From a virus, in IMG/VR virus record IMGVR_UViG_3300027792_000292, positions 32,001 through 96,000 of that record: a stretch of 64,000 nucleotides of DNA, one strand, 5' to 3'. Below are positions 32,441 to 43,305 of this stretch, in pieces. Each line of letters begins with the position of its first letter. Position 1 is the first letter of the stretch. The position numbers and the translations under genes were made by a program. The notes beneath the pieces were generated by a model that made no database searches, was not told the origin of the DNA, and was given only the letters and a program-made list of their open reading frames with translations.

Positions 32441-32971
32441 ATGGAAACTGCGGTTACAGAAAAAGTCCAAATAGATAATAAGCCTCTTATAGATGTTCTT
32501 CCTATAGCTATTTTGAACAATGTTCTTAATGAGCTATATGAAAAAAGAAGTCCAGAGGGGTACCCTGAAGTTACCAGGATGGTTGATACGCAAAAGTACA
32601 CCATCAAGGCTACAGACTACGACCTTAATAAAGTCATGTCTAACGCAAGTAGGTCATGTAAGATGTGTTCTTATGGCAAAGGATATTATGTAAGTTATAT
32701 AGCAAAAGCTAAGTATCCTAACCCATCATGATTTATGACTTTTAAGCCTGAGATGGAAGTACCGGAAGGGTTACCAGAGGAACAGTATAAGTTGCTCTTG
32801 GAGATGGCGAAGAAGAGGCATACTGAGAGTCCTAACTGGAAAGTTCTTAATGTGTGTAGTTGTGCAGTAAAGAATACCTTGAAGAAAAATAGAGATGTTG
32901 TTTCCAATACACAGGGTAATATTTTTATAATGTTGAATTACGAAGTAACTGAAACAGGGGGTAATATTTGA
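32441..32971 (+). CDS. Zn-finger protein split by an in-frame TGA (ORFs 32441-32731 and 32735-32971)
   Basis: CCA TCA TGA TTT ATG in one frame; CKMC before and CSC after the stop. Confidence 0.5.
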
Positions 32972-33118
32972 TTACTATGACTCGTGCGGAGAAGAGAGAT
33001 TCTGAATTTCAGCTTATTTACAAGGAGTTTATGAGCAAGGGAGAACGTCCTAATGTGTCCCTGCGAGAAACTCGTAGAATTATAAAAGAAAAAAGAATTA
33101 GAGCTAAGATATACTGAA

Positions 33119-33337
33119 ATGAAATACATAGTAAAACTTTGGCAACCTTCAGGCATGTGTTATTCTTATTGTATAACTAAAGATAAGATAATCACACTAA
33201 ATGACGGTATTGAAATACAGACATTATTTGAAATATCTAATTTTGGGGTTCTTCATATTATAGATGACTCTGGAATAGAAATATATAGTAACGGTATTTA
33301 TTTTATAACATCTGAGGAAGGGCGCTATGAATATTGA
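33119..33337 (+). CDS. small hypothetical protein
   Basis: 72-aa ORF. Confidence 0.45.
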   Translation: MKYIVKLWQPSGMCYSYCITKDKIITLNDGIEIQTLFEISNFGVLHIIDDSGIEIYSNGIYFITSEEGRYEY

Positions 33338-33516
33338 TAATCTATTAGTATCTACTAAGTAATAGAAAGGTCTGTCACTAAAGAGAAAAAGAAAAAATTA
33401 AAATTAGTTACTATTACCTAAAGGGGTACATAAATAAATATAGAAAGCTTTCTGAGGGATCAGAGGTACTAGTAAGTGCTTTACTAAGAATAACTTTTAC
33501 AGAATATTTTGAAAAA

Positions 33517-34521
33517 ATGAGAAAAAATTATAAAAATTTAGAACGAAATTATTATTGTAGCTATTGTAGCAAAGCAGTAGCTAATTTAACTCGTTTGGTA
33601 CATCACACTGTTAGATGCATAAAAGGCCCTGGAGGAGACAAAGCCTTTGAGGAGTTTTATGTACAATATTATAAATATAAAAAAGAAGACTTTATAAAAG
33701 ACTATACTATTTTTAAGAAAGGTTTGATGACGATAAGTGCAGAAAAAAATATACCTTTTAAAGTTCTTGATTTTTTAGCTATTTATTATAAGATTAAAAG
33801 AACAAAAAAAGAAAGTAGCATAATATCTATACAAAATACTAAAAATACAATAAAAAATAGATATAGTGTAGATAATCCTTTAGATATACCTAATGTACGT
33901 ATAAGTATTGATAACAAGAAACGATATGCTAAATCTTCTATTTCTATGAAGCAGGTGTGGTCAGATAAGATATACAGAAAAAATACTATTATTAAAATAA
34001 AAAAAAGTTTACAAGATAGATATGGAGTTGATAACATATTTTCATTAAAAGAATATCAAGATAAAGCAAAAGAGTCTATAATAAACAGGTTTGGTGTAGA
34101 TAATATTTCAAAGTCAGAGTATAAGAGAAATATTTTAGCTAGTAGGAAGTTAAGAACCTTATTAGAGGATGTCGGATATAAAGCATATAAAAATAGAGTG
34201 AGGCAGTTAACTAAAAAACACATAATAAGTGTACTTGAATCATGGAAGGCTTATAATCCTATATGTTACTATACTGGAGAGCAACTTTTGAATGTAGATG
34301 GGTCACACTTATCCGATAGACTAATGTATCCTACTATAGACCATAAGGTTAGTGTACTATTTGGATATCTAAATGACATACCAGTAGAAATAATAAGTAG
34401 TTTAAAAAATTTGTGTGTATGCTCAAGGAAGATTAATAGTATAAAAAGTCAGCTAACTGAAGAAGAGTTTTACATAAAAAAACCAAAAAATATAACATTT
34501 TTAAAGGATCTGTTTAAATGA
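33517..34521 (+). CDS. free-standing HNH homing endonuclease-like protein
   Basis: RY(S/G)VDN repeats, CYYTG...TIDHK...NL....R.IN..K; overlaps the ligase start. Confidence 0.7.
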   Translation: MRKNYKNLERNYYCSYCSKAVANLTRLVHHTVRCIKGPGGDKAFEEFYVQYYKYKKEDFIKDYTIFKKGLMTISAEKNIPFKVLDFLAIYYKIKRTKKESSIISIQNTKNTIKNRYSVDNPLDIPNVRISIDNKKRYAKSSISMKQVWSDKIYRKNTIIKIKKSLQDRYGVDNIFSLKEYQDKAKESIINRFGVDNISKSEYKRNILASRKLRTLLEDVGYKAYKNRVRQLTKKHIISVLESWKAYNPICYYTGEQLLNVDGSHLSDRLMYPTIDHKVSVLFGYLNDIPVEIISSLKNLCVCSRKINSIKSQLTEEEFYIKKPKNITFLKDLFK

Positions 34522-36497
34522 CTAATTTTAAAATTGAAGAAGCTATAATTCAGCTAAATAAATATGACGATGCCTATTATAATGGGGAGTCTATTATCTC
34601 AGACAACGCCTATGATGCTTTTAAAAAAAGCATATTAGATATTTTGCCTGAAGATCATATATTAAGGCATAAAGTTGGTCATATAACATCTTCAGCATGG
34701 CCAAAGAAATCTCATAAAATATTTATGGGTTCTCAGAATAAGGTGTCAGATGAGAATAGCATAATAGAATGGGTAGAGAGCATATATGAAAAACTTAAAA
34801 ATAGAAATATTAAGTTTATAGTACAGTATAAAATAGACGGGCTATCCCTAGGTTGCTATTATAAAAAGGGTGTAATTCAAGATGTACTAACTAGGGGGGA
34901 TGGTTTTTCTGGGGAGTCGATTGTAAATAATGCTATAAATTTTAGAGAGCTGCCATATTCCTTAGCAGTACTAAAAGATATTAATGTAAGAGGTGAAGGA
35001 TATTTATTAAATAAATATTTTGATATTATTCAAAAAAGGACACAAAATAAATATAAAAACGCAAGAAATGCTGTATCTGGTATATGCCGTAGGTTAGACG
35101 GCGATTGTTCTCATTTTGTAGATGTTTTCGCATTTGATATAAATGCTGAGGTTAAAACTGAAACAGAAAAAATTGAAGTTCTTAAAAAGTTAGGCTTTAA
35201 TGTTGTACCGACTATAAGTTGCAGTACAATAGATGATATTTTAAAAATATATAGAGATGTACGGGATAATAAAAGAAAAAATTTATTATTCGGGATAGAC
35301 GGGCTAGTTTTAAAGGTTGATAATTTAGATTTTCAAAAAGAACTTGGTATAGAGCATAACAGACCAGTAGCCCAAATAGCTTTAAAATTTGACTCCGAAG
35401 AAGAAACAACTACTATAGAAGATATAAGATTACAGGTAGGTAGGACGGGGAAGATTGTACCTATCGCTATTCTAACCCCCGTAGAACTTATGGGAAGTAC
35501 GGTAAAGAAAGCTTCTCTTCATAATTTTAGATATATAGAAGAATGTCAGATTGGAATAGGTGCTGTAGTATCTATAGAAAAATGCGGAGATATAATTCCA
35601 CAAGTTTCAGATTTAGTTTTAGCAGGTAAAAATTATATAAAACCAGAAGTATGTCCCTCTTGTGGGAAACCTGTTGATGATGATGGAGTGAATCTTTGGT
35701 GTAAGAATAAAAGCTGTAAAGAAAAAGAAATTAATCGTATAAATTATTGGATGAGTGTTTTAGATATAAAAGGCTTCTCTAATAAGTTTATAGAGAAATT
35801 ATGGGATTTAGGGAAAATTAATTGTGCGGGAGACTTATACAAGCTTAAACCAGAAGATTTTGAAGAGGTAGCGGGTATTGGTTCTAAAACCATAAAGAAT
35901 TTTTTTAAAGTACTTGAAGATACCTCCGAGATGTATCTTGAAACTTTTATAAGAGCCCTAGGAATTTCTTCTTGCTCTGTATCTACTTCCGCTACTCTTG
36001 TTCACAATTTTAAAGATTGGGATACTATAAAAAACATAAAACCTGAAGATTTAGCAAAAATACCTGGATACGGGATTTCATCTGCTACAACTATTTGTGA
36101 GGATATGAGAGAGATTTTTGATATGGCAGATGAACTATTATCTGTGATTAAAATTAAACATAAAAAAATAGGTAGCCTAAATAATAAGTCTTTTTGTGCT
36201 ACAGGTGCTTTTAATAGCATGTCACGTAAATCTTTTCAAGACTTAGTTACTGAAAATGGTGGTATAGCTAAAAATGATGTAGGTAAAGGATTAGATTATT
36301 TAGTTTCAAATGATAGTAACTCTGGATCTTCAAAAAATGAAAAAGCCAAAAAATTCGGAGTAAAAGTTATCAGTGAAAAGGACTTTATGGCTTTAGTAGG
36401 TACTACTGTTGAGGCCAAAGCAGAAGAGAAAAAAGAGAAAGAAAAAAAAGATAGCGGAGTAGCATTGGTGTATAATAATATCTTTGAGGAAGATTGA
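34518..36497 (+). CDS. ligA: NAD-dependent DNA ligase
   Basis: YKIDG, TRGDG, VRGE, DGLVLK, VGRTG, CPSC Zn finger, HhH, BRCT. Confidence 0.95.
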   Translation: MTNFKIEEAIIQLNKYDDAYYNGESIISDNAYDAFKKSILDILPEDHILRHKVGHITSSAWPKKSHKIFMGSQNKVSDENSIIEWVESIYEKLKNRNIKFIVQYKIDGLSLGCYYKKGVIQDVLTRGDGFSGESIVNNAINFRELPYSLAVLKDINVRGEGYLLNKYFDIIQKRTQNKYKNARNAVSGICRRLDGDCSHFVDVFAFDINAEVKTETEKIEVLKKLGFNVVPTISCSTIDDILKIYRDVRDNKRKNLLFGIDGLVLKVDNLDFQKELGIEHNRPVAQIALKFDSEEETTTIEDIRLQVGRTGKIVPIAILTPVELMGSTVKKASLHNFRYIEECQIGIGAVVSIEKCGDIIPQVSDLVLAGKNYIKPEVCPSCGKPVDDDGVNLWCKNKSCKEKEINRINYWMSVLDIKGFSNKFIEKLWDLGKINCAGDLYKLKPEDFEEVAGIGSKTIKNFFKVLEDTSEMYLETFIRALGISSCSVSTSATLVHNFKDWDTIKNIKPEDLAKIPGYGISSATTICEDMREIFDMADELLSVIKIKHKKIGSLNNKSFCATGAFNSMSRKSFQDLVTENGGIAKNDVGKGLDYLVSNDSNSGSSKNEKAKKFGVKVISEKDFMALVGTTVEAKAEEKKEKEKKDSGVALVYNNIFEED

Positions 36498-36573
36498 TTA
36501 GTATACCTTGTTACAAACTTAATTTATTTTCTTATAAAAGTAAAAATAATTAAACACGTTCTGGAGGAAAAAG

Positions 36574-37461
36574 ATGATTAAACTAAAAGATATTTCAATA
36601 TCAGACATAAACATGAGAGATATTGGTACAGAAGATTTAGATATAAAAGAACTAGAAAATTCTATATGTAACATGGGCCTACTTAGTAGGATCATTCTTA
36701 AAAAAAACGGAGAGCACATAGAGCTTATTACCGGGGCTCGAAGGTTACGAGCTTTGATAGGTATAAGAGGAGAGATGGGAGAACTTGAAGATTCTGAATA
36801 TATCTTCTTTGACAAATTATCAGAAATGGAATTGTTCTGTGTATCCCTTGATGAAAATACTAAAAGAAAAAATTTATCCCCCTTTGAGTTATGCAAAGCT
36901 ATTTTATGGTTAAATAATCACGGTAAAAAAGATAAAGAGATTGCTGAGATCCTTGGAGTTACCCCTCATAGGCTAAAAAGGCTTAGCCAACTAAGTGCCG
37001 ATAAGAATAAAATGTTACCTGAGATAATAGATGAGTTAAAGAAGAGTAATGGAAAAATTAATGACCTTCATTGGGATAAGATGCGGGAAGTAGAAGATCG
37101 AGAGGTTGTTAAGGATGTTTATGAGCAGATAGTAGAGAAAGAGTTGCCTCCTAGAGACGTACCTCAAATAGTTAATGCTGTACAGAAGGCTAGGAAAGCA
37201 GAGGAGGAGGCAACAGCACCGCCCCCTGCTTCTGATGTCGCCAAGTTAGATGGGGCTCCTGAAGACGTTGGAGGCCCTATAGTTTACTCTCATAAGGGAG
37301 ACCTATTACTTATTGAGGAGAGCGGTAAGATGAAGTTCCAAGTTATCGGTAAAGGTGAAGATAGTGAAGTTCCAGTAGACCAGTATTTGGAATATTTAAG
37401 GCATCCAGACAAATTCAAATGTAAGGTTAAATTGGAGTTAAAGTTTATTCCCATAGAATAA
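36574..37461 (+). CDS. ParB/Srx-like domain protein with HTH
   Basis: L..SI...GLL..I...LITGARRLRA...EN..R.NL. Confidence 0.8.
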   Translation: MIKLKDISISDINMRDIGTEDLDIKELENSICNMGLLSRIILKKNGEHIELITGARRLRALIGIRGEMGELEDSEYIFFDKLSEMELFCVSLDENTKRKNLSPFELCKAILWLNNHGKKDKEIAEILGVTPHRLKRLSQLSADKNKMLPEIIDELKKSNGKINDLHWDKMREVEDREVVKDVYEQIVEKELPPRDVPQIVNAVQKARKAEEEATAPPPASDVAKLDGAPEDVGGPIVYSHKGDLLLIEESGKMKFQVIGKGEDSEVPVDQYLEYLRHPDKFKCKVKLELKFIPIE

Positions 37462-37542
37462 ATCTCTAATAATCTATTAATTAAGAGCATACTTACATAA
37501 AGATTAAGTATGCCTCTCATTTTTTTATAATTGGAGATATTT

Positions 37543-38862
37543 ATGGCTGATTATACCTCTCCTTATGCTGATATACCATCTTATGGTAAGGGTCCTAAGT
37601 CCCTTTACTCAACAAATAATGAGGAGATCTTTGAGGTAATTCTTAATGTCCCTCAAATGGATGACGATGATGAGTGGGGTAAAACGGAGACTATTGCATT
37701 ACGCCAGATTATTGATAGAGTTACTACTATTGTTCAGGAAGTGGAAGATCCTAATGCTACGGGTACTAGTGGATTAGTGAACCAGGTTACTGCCCTTAGA
37801 AGAGTTATTCTATTAGATAATAATGTATTCACATCTGGTATTACAAATGGTTGTTCATTAAGTATAGGTAGCACCCAAATATCCTCAACCGTAGCGGCTT
37901 TTGGAGGGTCAGTCACAGCACTGGGTACTGTATCCGCTGTAGGATCTTTAAATAGTGGATCAGGATTAAATATTACTGGTAGTAGCATACTATGGGGTGA
38001 CCTAACTGCTTGCGGTAATGTTAGTACCTATGGTATTAGCGTAAATGGTCCTTTAAATGTGGTAGATGGTGATGGTGGTAGTGCAGCATTAAGCATTGCA
38101 GGACCTATAGCTGGAGAGTCTGTAACCGCTGGATCAGGAAGATTTAATTATCTTGTAACAGAAGATCCGGGAACTAGTACCTTTTGTGGTAATGTTCGTG
38201 TAGAAAGCGTTGCTGGATTACCTGATGATACAGGGAGTCTTACAGTTGATAAACAAATTACTACGGGGTCTTTAACTGCTACTTCTGTAATTGCTGGAGT
38301 AGCGTCATTTAGTGCTATTTCAGTAGCCGAGGCCGATCAGGATACTAGTACTTTTTTCGGGGCAGTTAATATAGTTAAAGTTACTGGTGTTCCTGATACT
38401 GGGTTTCTTACTGTAGAAGATACATTGACGACTCTTGCTCTTAATGTACTAGATGTGTCTCATTTCTATGGTGTATCAAACTTTTGTGGGTCTGTATTCA
38501 TAGGGACTGATGGGATTACTAATACAGTAACACATAAAGGGAACTACATATTGAGTAATGGATACGCTACCATACCAATTATAGCTGGAAATACAAGTTT
38601 TAGTAATAACGTAACTATAACTGGTACGTTAAATCTTGATGCTCTAGCTTGGACACAGACTATAGCTCCTTCTGTAAGTGGGGGGTATTCTTTAGGTAGT
38701 GCGGACTCAGCTTATTTAGGAGTTTACCTGACAGATAGAAATAGTGCGGTACCTAATCCCTATCTTTTCTTTTTCTATCAAGGTGCTACTACACCATATC
38801 TTGGAGTGAGGATTGGTGCTACAAACTATTATGTTGCGCTGACTAATTTAAGTCCGGCATAA
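37543..38862 (+). CDS. tail fibre/beta-helix structural protein
   Basis: G/T/S/V-rich repeats; GGAG RBS before ATG 37543. Confidence 0.55.
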   Translation: MADYTSPYADIPSYGKGPKSLYSTNNEEIFEVILNVPQMDDDDEWGKTETIALRQIIDRVTTIVQEVEDPNATGTSGLVNQVTALRRVILLDNNVFTSGITNGCSLSIGSTQISSTVAAFGGSVTALGTVSAVGSLNSGSGLNITGSSILWGDLTACGNVSTYGISVNGPLNVVDGDGGSAALSIAGPIAGESVTAGSGRFNYLVTEDPGTSTFCGNVRVESVAGLPDDTGSLTVDKQITTGSLTATSVIAGVASFSAISVAEADQDTSTFFGAVNIVKVTGVPDTGFLTVEDTLTTLALNVLDVSHFYGVSNFCGSVFIGTDGITNTVTHKGNYILSNGYATIPIIAGNTSFSNNVTITGTLNLDALAWTQTIAPSVSGGYSLGSADSAYLGVYLTDRNSAVPNPYLFFFYQGATTPYLGVRIGATNYYVALTNLSPA

Positions 38863-38878
38863 AATATAACACATCATA

Positions 38879-39325
38879 TTGAAGGAGATTCAGATGAAGA
38901 TTAAGAATGGTTTTATTGCAGATCCAAATTTCAAAGTAGCTTTTCAGTCCCTGTTCTCAAGACCTGTGACAGCTAAACAGTGCTTGGAACTAAATCAGTC
39001 TGCCGATGAACTTGATTCCCATTTAAGAATTATACTAAAATCTAAGTTCCAGATAATGGAAAAATACGGAAAAAAAGACGAATCTGGTAAGCTGATGACG
39101 GAAGCTAATGGAGATGTATTATTTCCTAATGCTGAGGTTAAAGAAAAATGCGCAAAAGAAGTAATGGAGATACTTAATGAAGAATATGATATCCCACTCA
39201 CATCTAAAATTATTATGTTCGAGGATGAGATTATTCTTCCAGTACATTATAGTCTTTTGAGGGATTTGATAGAAATCAAAGAACGTCCAAAATTGCCAGA
39301 TGCTAAGGTAGAAGTTAAAGTATAA
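38879..39325 (+). CDS. putative tail-fibre chaperone
   Basis: EKYGKKDESGK...E...L...E pattern of fibre-adjacent chaperones; follows the fibre gene. Confidence 0.45.
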   Translation: MKEIQMKIKNGFIADPNFKVAFQSLFSRPVTAKQCLELNQSADELDSHLRIILKSKFQIMEKYGKKDESGKLMTEANGDVLFPNAEVKEKCAKEVMEILNEEYDIPLTSKIIMFEDEIILPVHYSLLRDLIEIKERPKLPDAKVEVKV

Positions 39326-39353
39326 AGAGAGGGGGAAATCCCCCTCTCTTTTT
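39324..39353 (+). terminator. intrinsic terminator
   Basis: AAAGAGAGGGGG-AAAT-CCCCCTCTCTTTTT. Confidence 0.85.
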
Positions 39354-39490
39354 ACTTGATCCATAATTCTAAAAGTTGTATATTAGTTTTATAACCGAAC
39401 ATGCAGGTTGAAACGCATGTGTGGAAGAGACCATCACTCCCAGGTTTCAAAATCGGTAACTGTAGAATGTTGCCAAATTTGGAGGTTAGT

Positions 39491-40438
39491 ATGTCTGACG
39501 TATCTGTTTTTATGTCCCGCGTTATTGAAGTTTCTCGCATCCTCAAAGTTACAGAATCGGAAATCCTTGAAGCTCTGCAAGAAGAAGGCATTGAAGACAA
39601 CGATGAGGGTTTGATGCTATTGGATGCAGAAACCACATCAGAAGATTATCTGGCAGAATGCATTAAGACCGCATTAGAAAGTCCGAAGTACAACAGAAAA
39701 GTCCCATTACTCAAGTTGAGAGCAGCTGCCGCTATTCTTAAAGGTAAGAATCCATTTGCAAAGCCTGAAATGGCTACTAAAGAGGTACCCGAGGGAACTC
39801 TCACGAGTACTATAGTAGAGGCACTCAAAGCCCAACGCCCAATCGAACAACTGAAAGATAAAGAGCTTATCGAACTCTTTCAGGAAGATCGAGATGATAA
39901 AATTGCTCAAGAGTTAAATCGTAGAGCCAATGGTCTTCCCTTCATCGTACTTGCTCCAGGTAAGACAAATGCTGGGCAGGAGAAGATCAATATAGATGCT
40001 ACTGCCGATTTGCTTAAGAGAGCACGTAAAGGTGCGGCTCAGCAAAACATAGTAATAGAAGAGGGCTCGGTCCCAGTCTATAAGATTTCTGAACTTGACC
40101 CGGAATCTTTAGTGAATGAAGTGTGTTCTATTTGCGAAGAGAGAGACTTATACAGAGGTTACTGTGATAAATGTAATATGCTCTTTACAGGACTCAGTGA
40201 TGATGTAAAGAAGTTCATGATACTTGTTGCAAGATCCTCAGGGTTTAGTCGCAAAACGGCATCAGACAGAAAAAGCTTGTATGAGACAGCTAAGAAAGGT
40301 CTCGAAGCTCTAATGTCAGAATGGCCTACAGTAACGAAAGAGTTTAAGAGACTCCAAGCTATTGATGAACTTCCGAAGTTTCGAAGAGCGAGAAGTACTC
40401 CCAGTATTCTCAAAGATCCATTCTATATTGCAAAATAA
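39491..40438 (+). CDS. hypothetical protein with CxxC...CxxC
   Basis: GGAGG RBS before ATG 39491; promoter at 39356. Confidence 0.6.
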   Translation: MSDVSVFMSRVIEVSRILKVTESEILEALQEEGIEDNDEGLMLLDAETTSEDYLAECIKTALESPKYNRKVPLLKLRAAAAILKGKNPFAKPEMATKEVPEGTLTSTIVEALKAQRPIEQLKDKELIELFQEDRDDKIAQELNRRANGLPFIVLAPGKTNAGQEKINIDATADLLKRARKGAAQQNIVIEEGSVPVYKISELDPESLVNEVCSICEERDLYRGYCDKCNMLFTGLSDDVKKFMILVARSSGFSRKTASDRKSLYETAKKGLEALMSEWPTVTKEFKRLQAIDELPKFRRARSTPSILKDPFYIAK

Positions 40439-40498
40439 TTCATAGGGGCCTTTATAGACCCCCTTCAAATTTCAAAAAAAAAATAACGAGGAGATAAT

Positions 40499-41707
40499 AT
40501 GAGTATGCTAAATGCGTCTGTTTTTTCCATAACTCCTCATATGCAAAGAGTTATGGATATCAATGGTTGTTATGCTTCAATAATGAGGGCAGAAAAGAAA
40601 CAAGAAGAGAGTAGTGATGGGTTACCCTCAGGTATACCTATACCAGTTCTTCCTGTAGATTACCTGAAAGATCGCCCCAAGGAATGGGTTGGCGGAGAGG
40701 GGTCTTACGTAGTACCTGTAGATTCTGATTGGGGTCTTTGGTTCAATTGGACTATGAATAATCCAATGGATACATCTGTTCTCGTTTCAGTAAAAGGGAT
40801 GAATCCATTGACCGGACAGAAAATAAATGGGTACACTCTTGAAGAGACTGGGAATGAATGCCCTATTCATAAGACTCCTTTTAAGAGGGGCAAGCTTTGT
40901 ACTGAGTGTGGATTTAAGTGGCCATCACAGAATTTTATTTCAGCCCCCAACCCACTTTATCTCGATGGTTTTAGACAAGCAGATGGAAATGTTCGTCAGT
41001 TCTTCTTCACTGAAGATATGGCACGTTCAATACCAGAGTTGGTAATTGGTAAAGAAGATACTGTGCCAGCGTTTGGATTCTGCTTTTATCGAAGAAAGAA
41101 GTATGAGATAACGTATGAGGGAGGGAATAGATGTAAGAACGAATTTCCAAAAATTCAAGATATAAATGTAAGTTACCTAATAGGAGAAACAGGCGCACTA
41201 TGTACTTCCTGTGATTCTTTAGAATACGAACGTAGAACTTCTGGAGCCAGGCTCAGAGGCGGTGGCGTAGGGTCTACGAAGCGTTTTGGGCATCTATATA
41301 GTAAAGGACTCAGTAGTAGCTACGAGGCTTCCTATAGTACTTTATGTTGTGCTGCTGATGCCTCAGTTTCTTCATCAGAGCCAGAATTAAGGGCTTTCTA
41401 TGCGGATTCTGATGTAGCACATACTATCAATCTTGTAGACTCCTTTAGTGATGCTATAGAAGACCGTAGCGAAGTAAGGCTATATAAAAGTGCTGATGTG
41501 GGTATCGGCGCTGGAGCTAGGATAAAACAGGACTTCATAAAATCTATAGTTCCTTTAGAGGATTGGAAGGAAAAACCCGAAGGTACACTCAGGTTATATT
41601 TTGTCTTCCAGGAACAGTTTGAGGCTATGGCTGAAGCAGGCTTTAACGACCTTAGCGGAGCTAAGGAAGGATATTTGGTAAATCTTCCCGTAGGAGGTAG
41701 CAAATGA
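40499..41707 (+). CDS. conserved hypothetical protein (LP.G.P.PV..VD / GIGAGA.IKQ family) with Zn ribbon
   Basis: 402-aa ORF; CPIH...CTECG insert. Confidence 0.6.
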   Translation: MSMLNASVFSITPHMQRVMDINGCYASIMRAEKKQEESSDGLPSGIPIPVLPVDYLKDRPKEWVGGEGSYVVPVDSDWGLWFNWTMNNPMDTSVLVSVKGMNPLTGQKINGYTLEETGNECPIHKTPFKRGKLCTECGFKWPSQNFISAPNPLYLDGFRQADGNVRQFFFTEDMARSIPELVIGKEDTVPAFGFCFYRRKKYEITYEGGNRCKNEFPKIQDINVSYLIGETGALCTSCDSLEYERRTSGARLRGGGVGSTKRFGHLYSKGLSSSYEASYSTLCCAADASVSSSEPELRAFYADSDVAHTINLVDSFSDAIEDRSEVRLYKSADVGIGAGARIKQDFIKSIVPLEDWKEKPEGTLRLYFVFQEQFEAMAEAGFNDLSGAKEGYLVNLPVGGSK

Positions 41708-42309
41708 ATAAAGTAGATTTGTTATTTATAGTAGATATAACAGGATCTATGGGGAATCTTATTACAGAAGCAAAAAGAAGGATGAAGGATATTTTAGATA
41801 GGATAGTTAAAGAATATAATATCGATTTAAAAGTTGGGTTAAGCTTTTATAGAGATCACCCATCGCAGGAAAGCACCTTTGTTACTGTTACATATGACTT
41901 AGATGATGTTGGTAAGACTGTAAAAGTGTTTGATACAGTTACAGCTTCAGGTGGAGGAGATACACCAGAAGCAGGTTTAGATGGAATTATTGATGGTATA
42001 AGTGACATGAAGTGGAGAGAGGGTTCCAGAAGAGTAGCTTTTCTTATTGGGGATGCTCCACTACACGGTATGTATGGTGATGAGGGTTGCTGTATGTGTG
42101 GGAAGACTTGGGGAGATGCTATTTCTATAGCACAGTCTAAAGAAGTTACTATTTATTCTATCGTGTTAGGCGGAAATAGTGAAGCTCAGGATAATTTCAA
42201 AACATTAGCTATTTTTTCTGGTGGCCTTTATATCAAGACGGAAGATGCTATTGGTGCTATTTTTAATACACTAAAAGTTACTATGGAAGACCTTTCTATA
42301 AAAAGATAA
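41704..42309 (+). CDS. vWA domain protein
   Basis: DITGSM MIDAS, GGGDTPE, LIGDAP. Confidence 0.85.
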   Translation: MNKVDLLFIVDITGSMGNLITEAKRRMKDILDRIVKEYNIDLKVGLSFYRDHPSQESTFVTVTYDLDDVGKTVKVFDTVTASGGGDTPEAGLDGIIDGISDMKWREGSRRVAFLIGDAPLHGMYGDEGCCMCGKTWGDAISIAQSKEVTIYSIVLGGNSEAQDNFKTLAIFSGGLYIKTEDAIGAIFNTLKVTMEDLSIKR

Positions 42310-42388
42310 TTACTTTTAGAGTGTAATAATTTATTAATACGGGATGCTTCTAAAAGGAAGTGTCCCGTATTTTTTAAGGAGACTTAAT

Positions 42389-43174
42389 ATGGAATTATTA
42401 ATATCCATGTTAGATAAAGTAGCTAATGCTATCCAAGCTGAAGGATTACTCAAAGAGGCAGAGATGATAGATATAGTTTCAAATACTTTAGATATTTTGA
42501 ATAAGAAATGTAGTTGGTGTGGTGGTTTTCATGGTCAGTGGCAGGGGCCTGATCCTAAAAAAGGGGATAAGGTAAAAGCTGTCAAAAAAGGTGGTTTGTC
42601 AGCTCCCTATGCCGATGGTACTTTTGAAGTTTCTAAAGTTATCTCTAATTTTAGAGGCACGGATAGACCTGGAGTTGAAGCTGTTGGAAGTTCTGGCTTA
42701 GAATATTTTCCTTTAGATTGTTGTACTAATGCTATAGCAAAAGAAGCTTCAAAAAAGAAGAAAAAGTGGATTCCTAAAAAGTTAGAAGAAGGTCGTCTTA
42801 GTAAGTATAAGAAGCCAGGTGAGAGCCTGGCTGACGCGGCTCATAGGGCGCTTAAATCAGACGATCATAGTCTTCGTGGCGCTGGGAGTTTATATTTGAA
42901 TGTATTTCATAAGAAAGAAGCTGTAGAGCTTTCTGAGGTAGAACGCACAGACTTTGTATTTGCAGCTAACAATCCTAAAGTAAAAGATAAAAGAGGGCAT
43001 TTTCCTATACCAGATAAAGCTCATGGTCAGAATGCTTTAGCTAGAGTTAATCAATACGGTTCAGTACCATCTTGGTATGACGGTTCTCTGGAGGACTTAA
43101 AGAAGACTGTTGTAGATAAGGTTGAGGCTAGGTTTCCAACGATGGAAATAGAAGAAGAGAAGTTTGATAAATAA
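42389..43174 (+). CDS. hypothetical, probably virion-associated protein
   Basis: LDKVANAIQAEGLLKEAEMID N-terminus, HFPIPDKAH..NALAR C-domain; preceded by late-type motif. Confidence 0.5.
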   Translation: MELLISMLDKVANAIQAEGLLKEAEMIDIVSNTLDILNKKCSWCGGFHGQWQGPDPKKGDKVKAVKKGGLSAPYADGTFEVSKVISNFRGTDRPGVEAVGSSGLEYFPLDCCTNAIAKEASKKKKKWIPKKLEEGRLSKYKKPGESLADAAHRALKSDDHSLRGAGSLYLNVFHKKEAVELSEVERTDFVFAANNPKVKDKRGHFPIPDKAHGQNALARVNQYGSVPSWYDGSLEDLKKTVVDKVEARFPTMEIEEEKFDK

Positions 43175-43305
43175 TCTTGATGACCATACTTCTTAGTGGA
43201 AGTTATAGGCAGACTTTAGAATACCCTATAAATATTTTGAATACGAGGAAACATTCAAAATACAGTGCCCAGATTGCATCGTCGAAGAATCCGGGCAGCT
43301 ATAGT

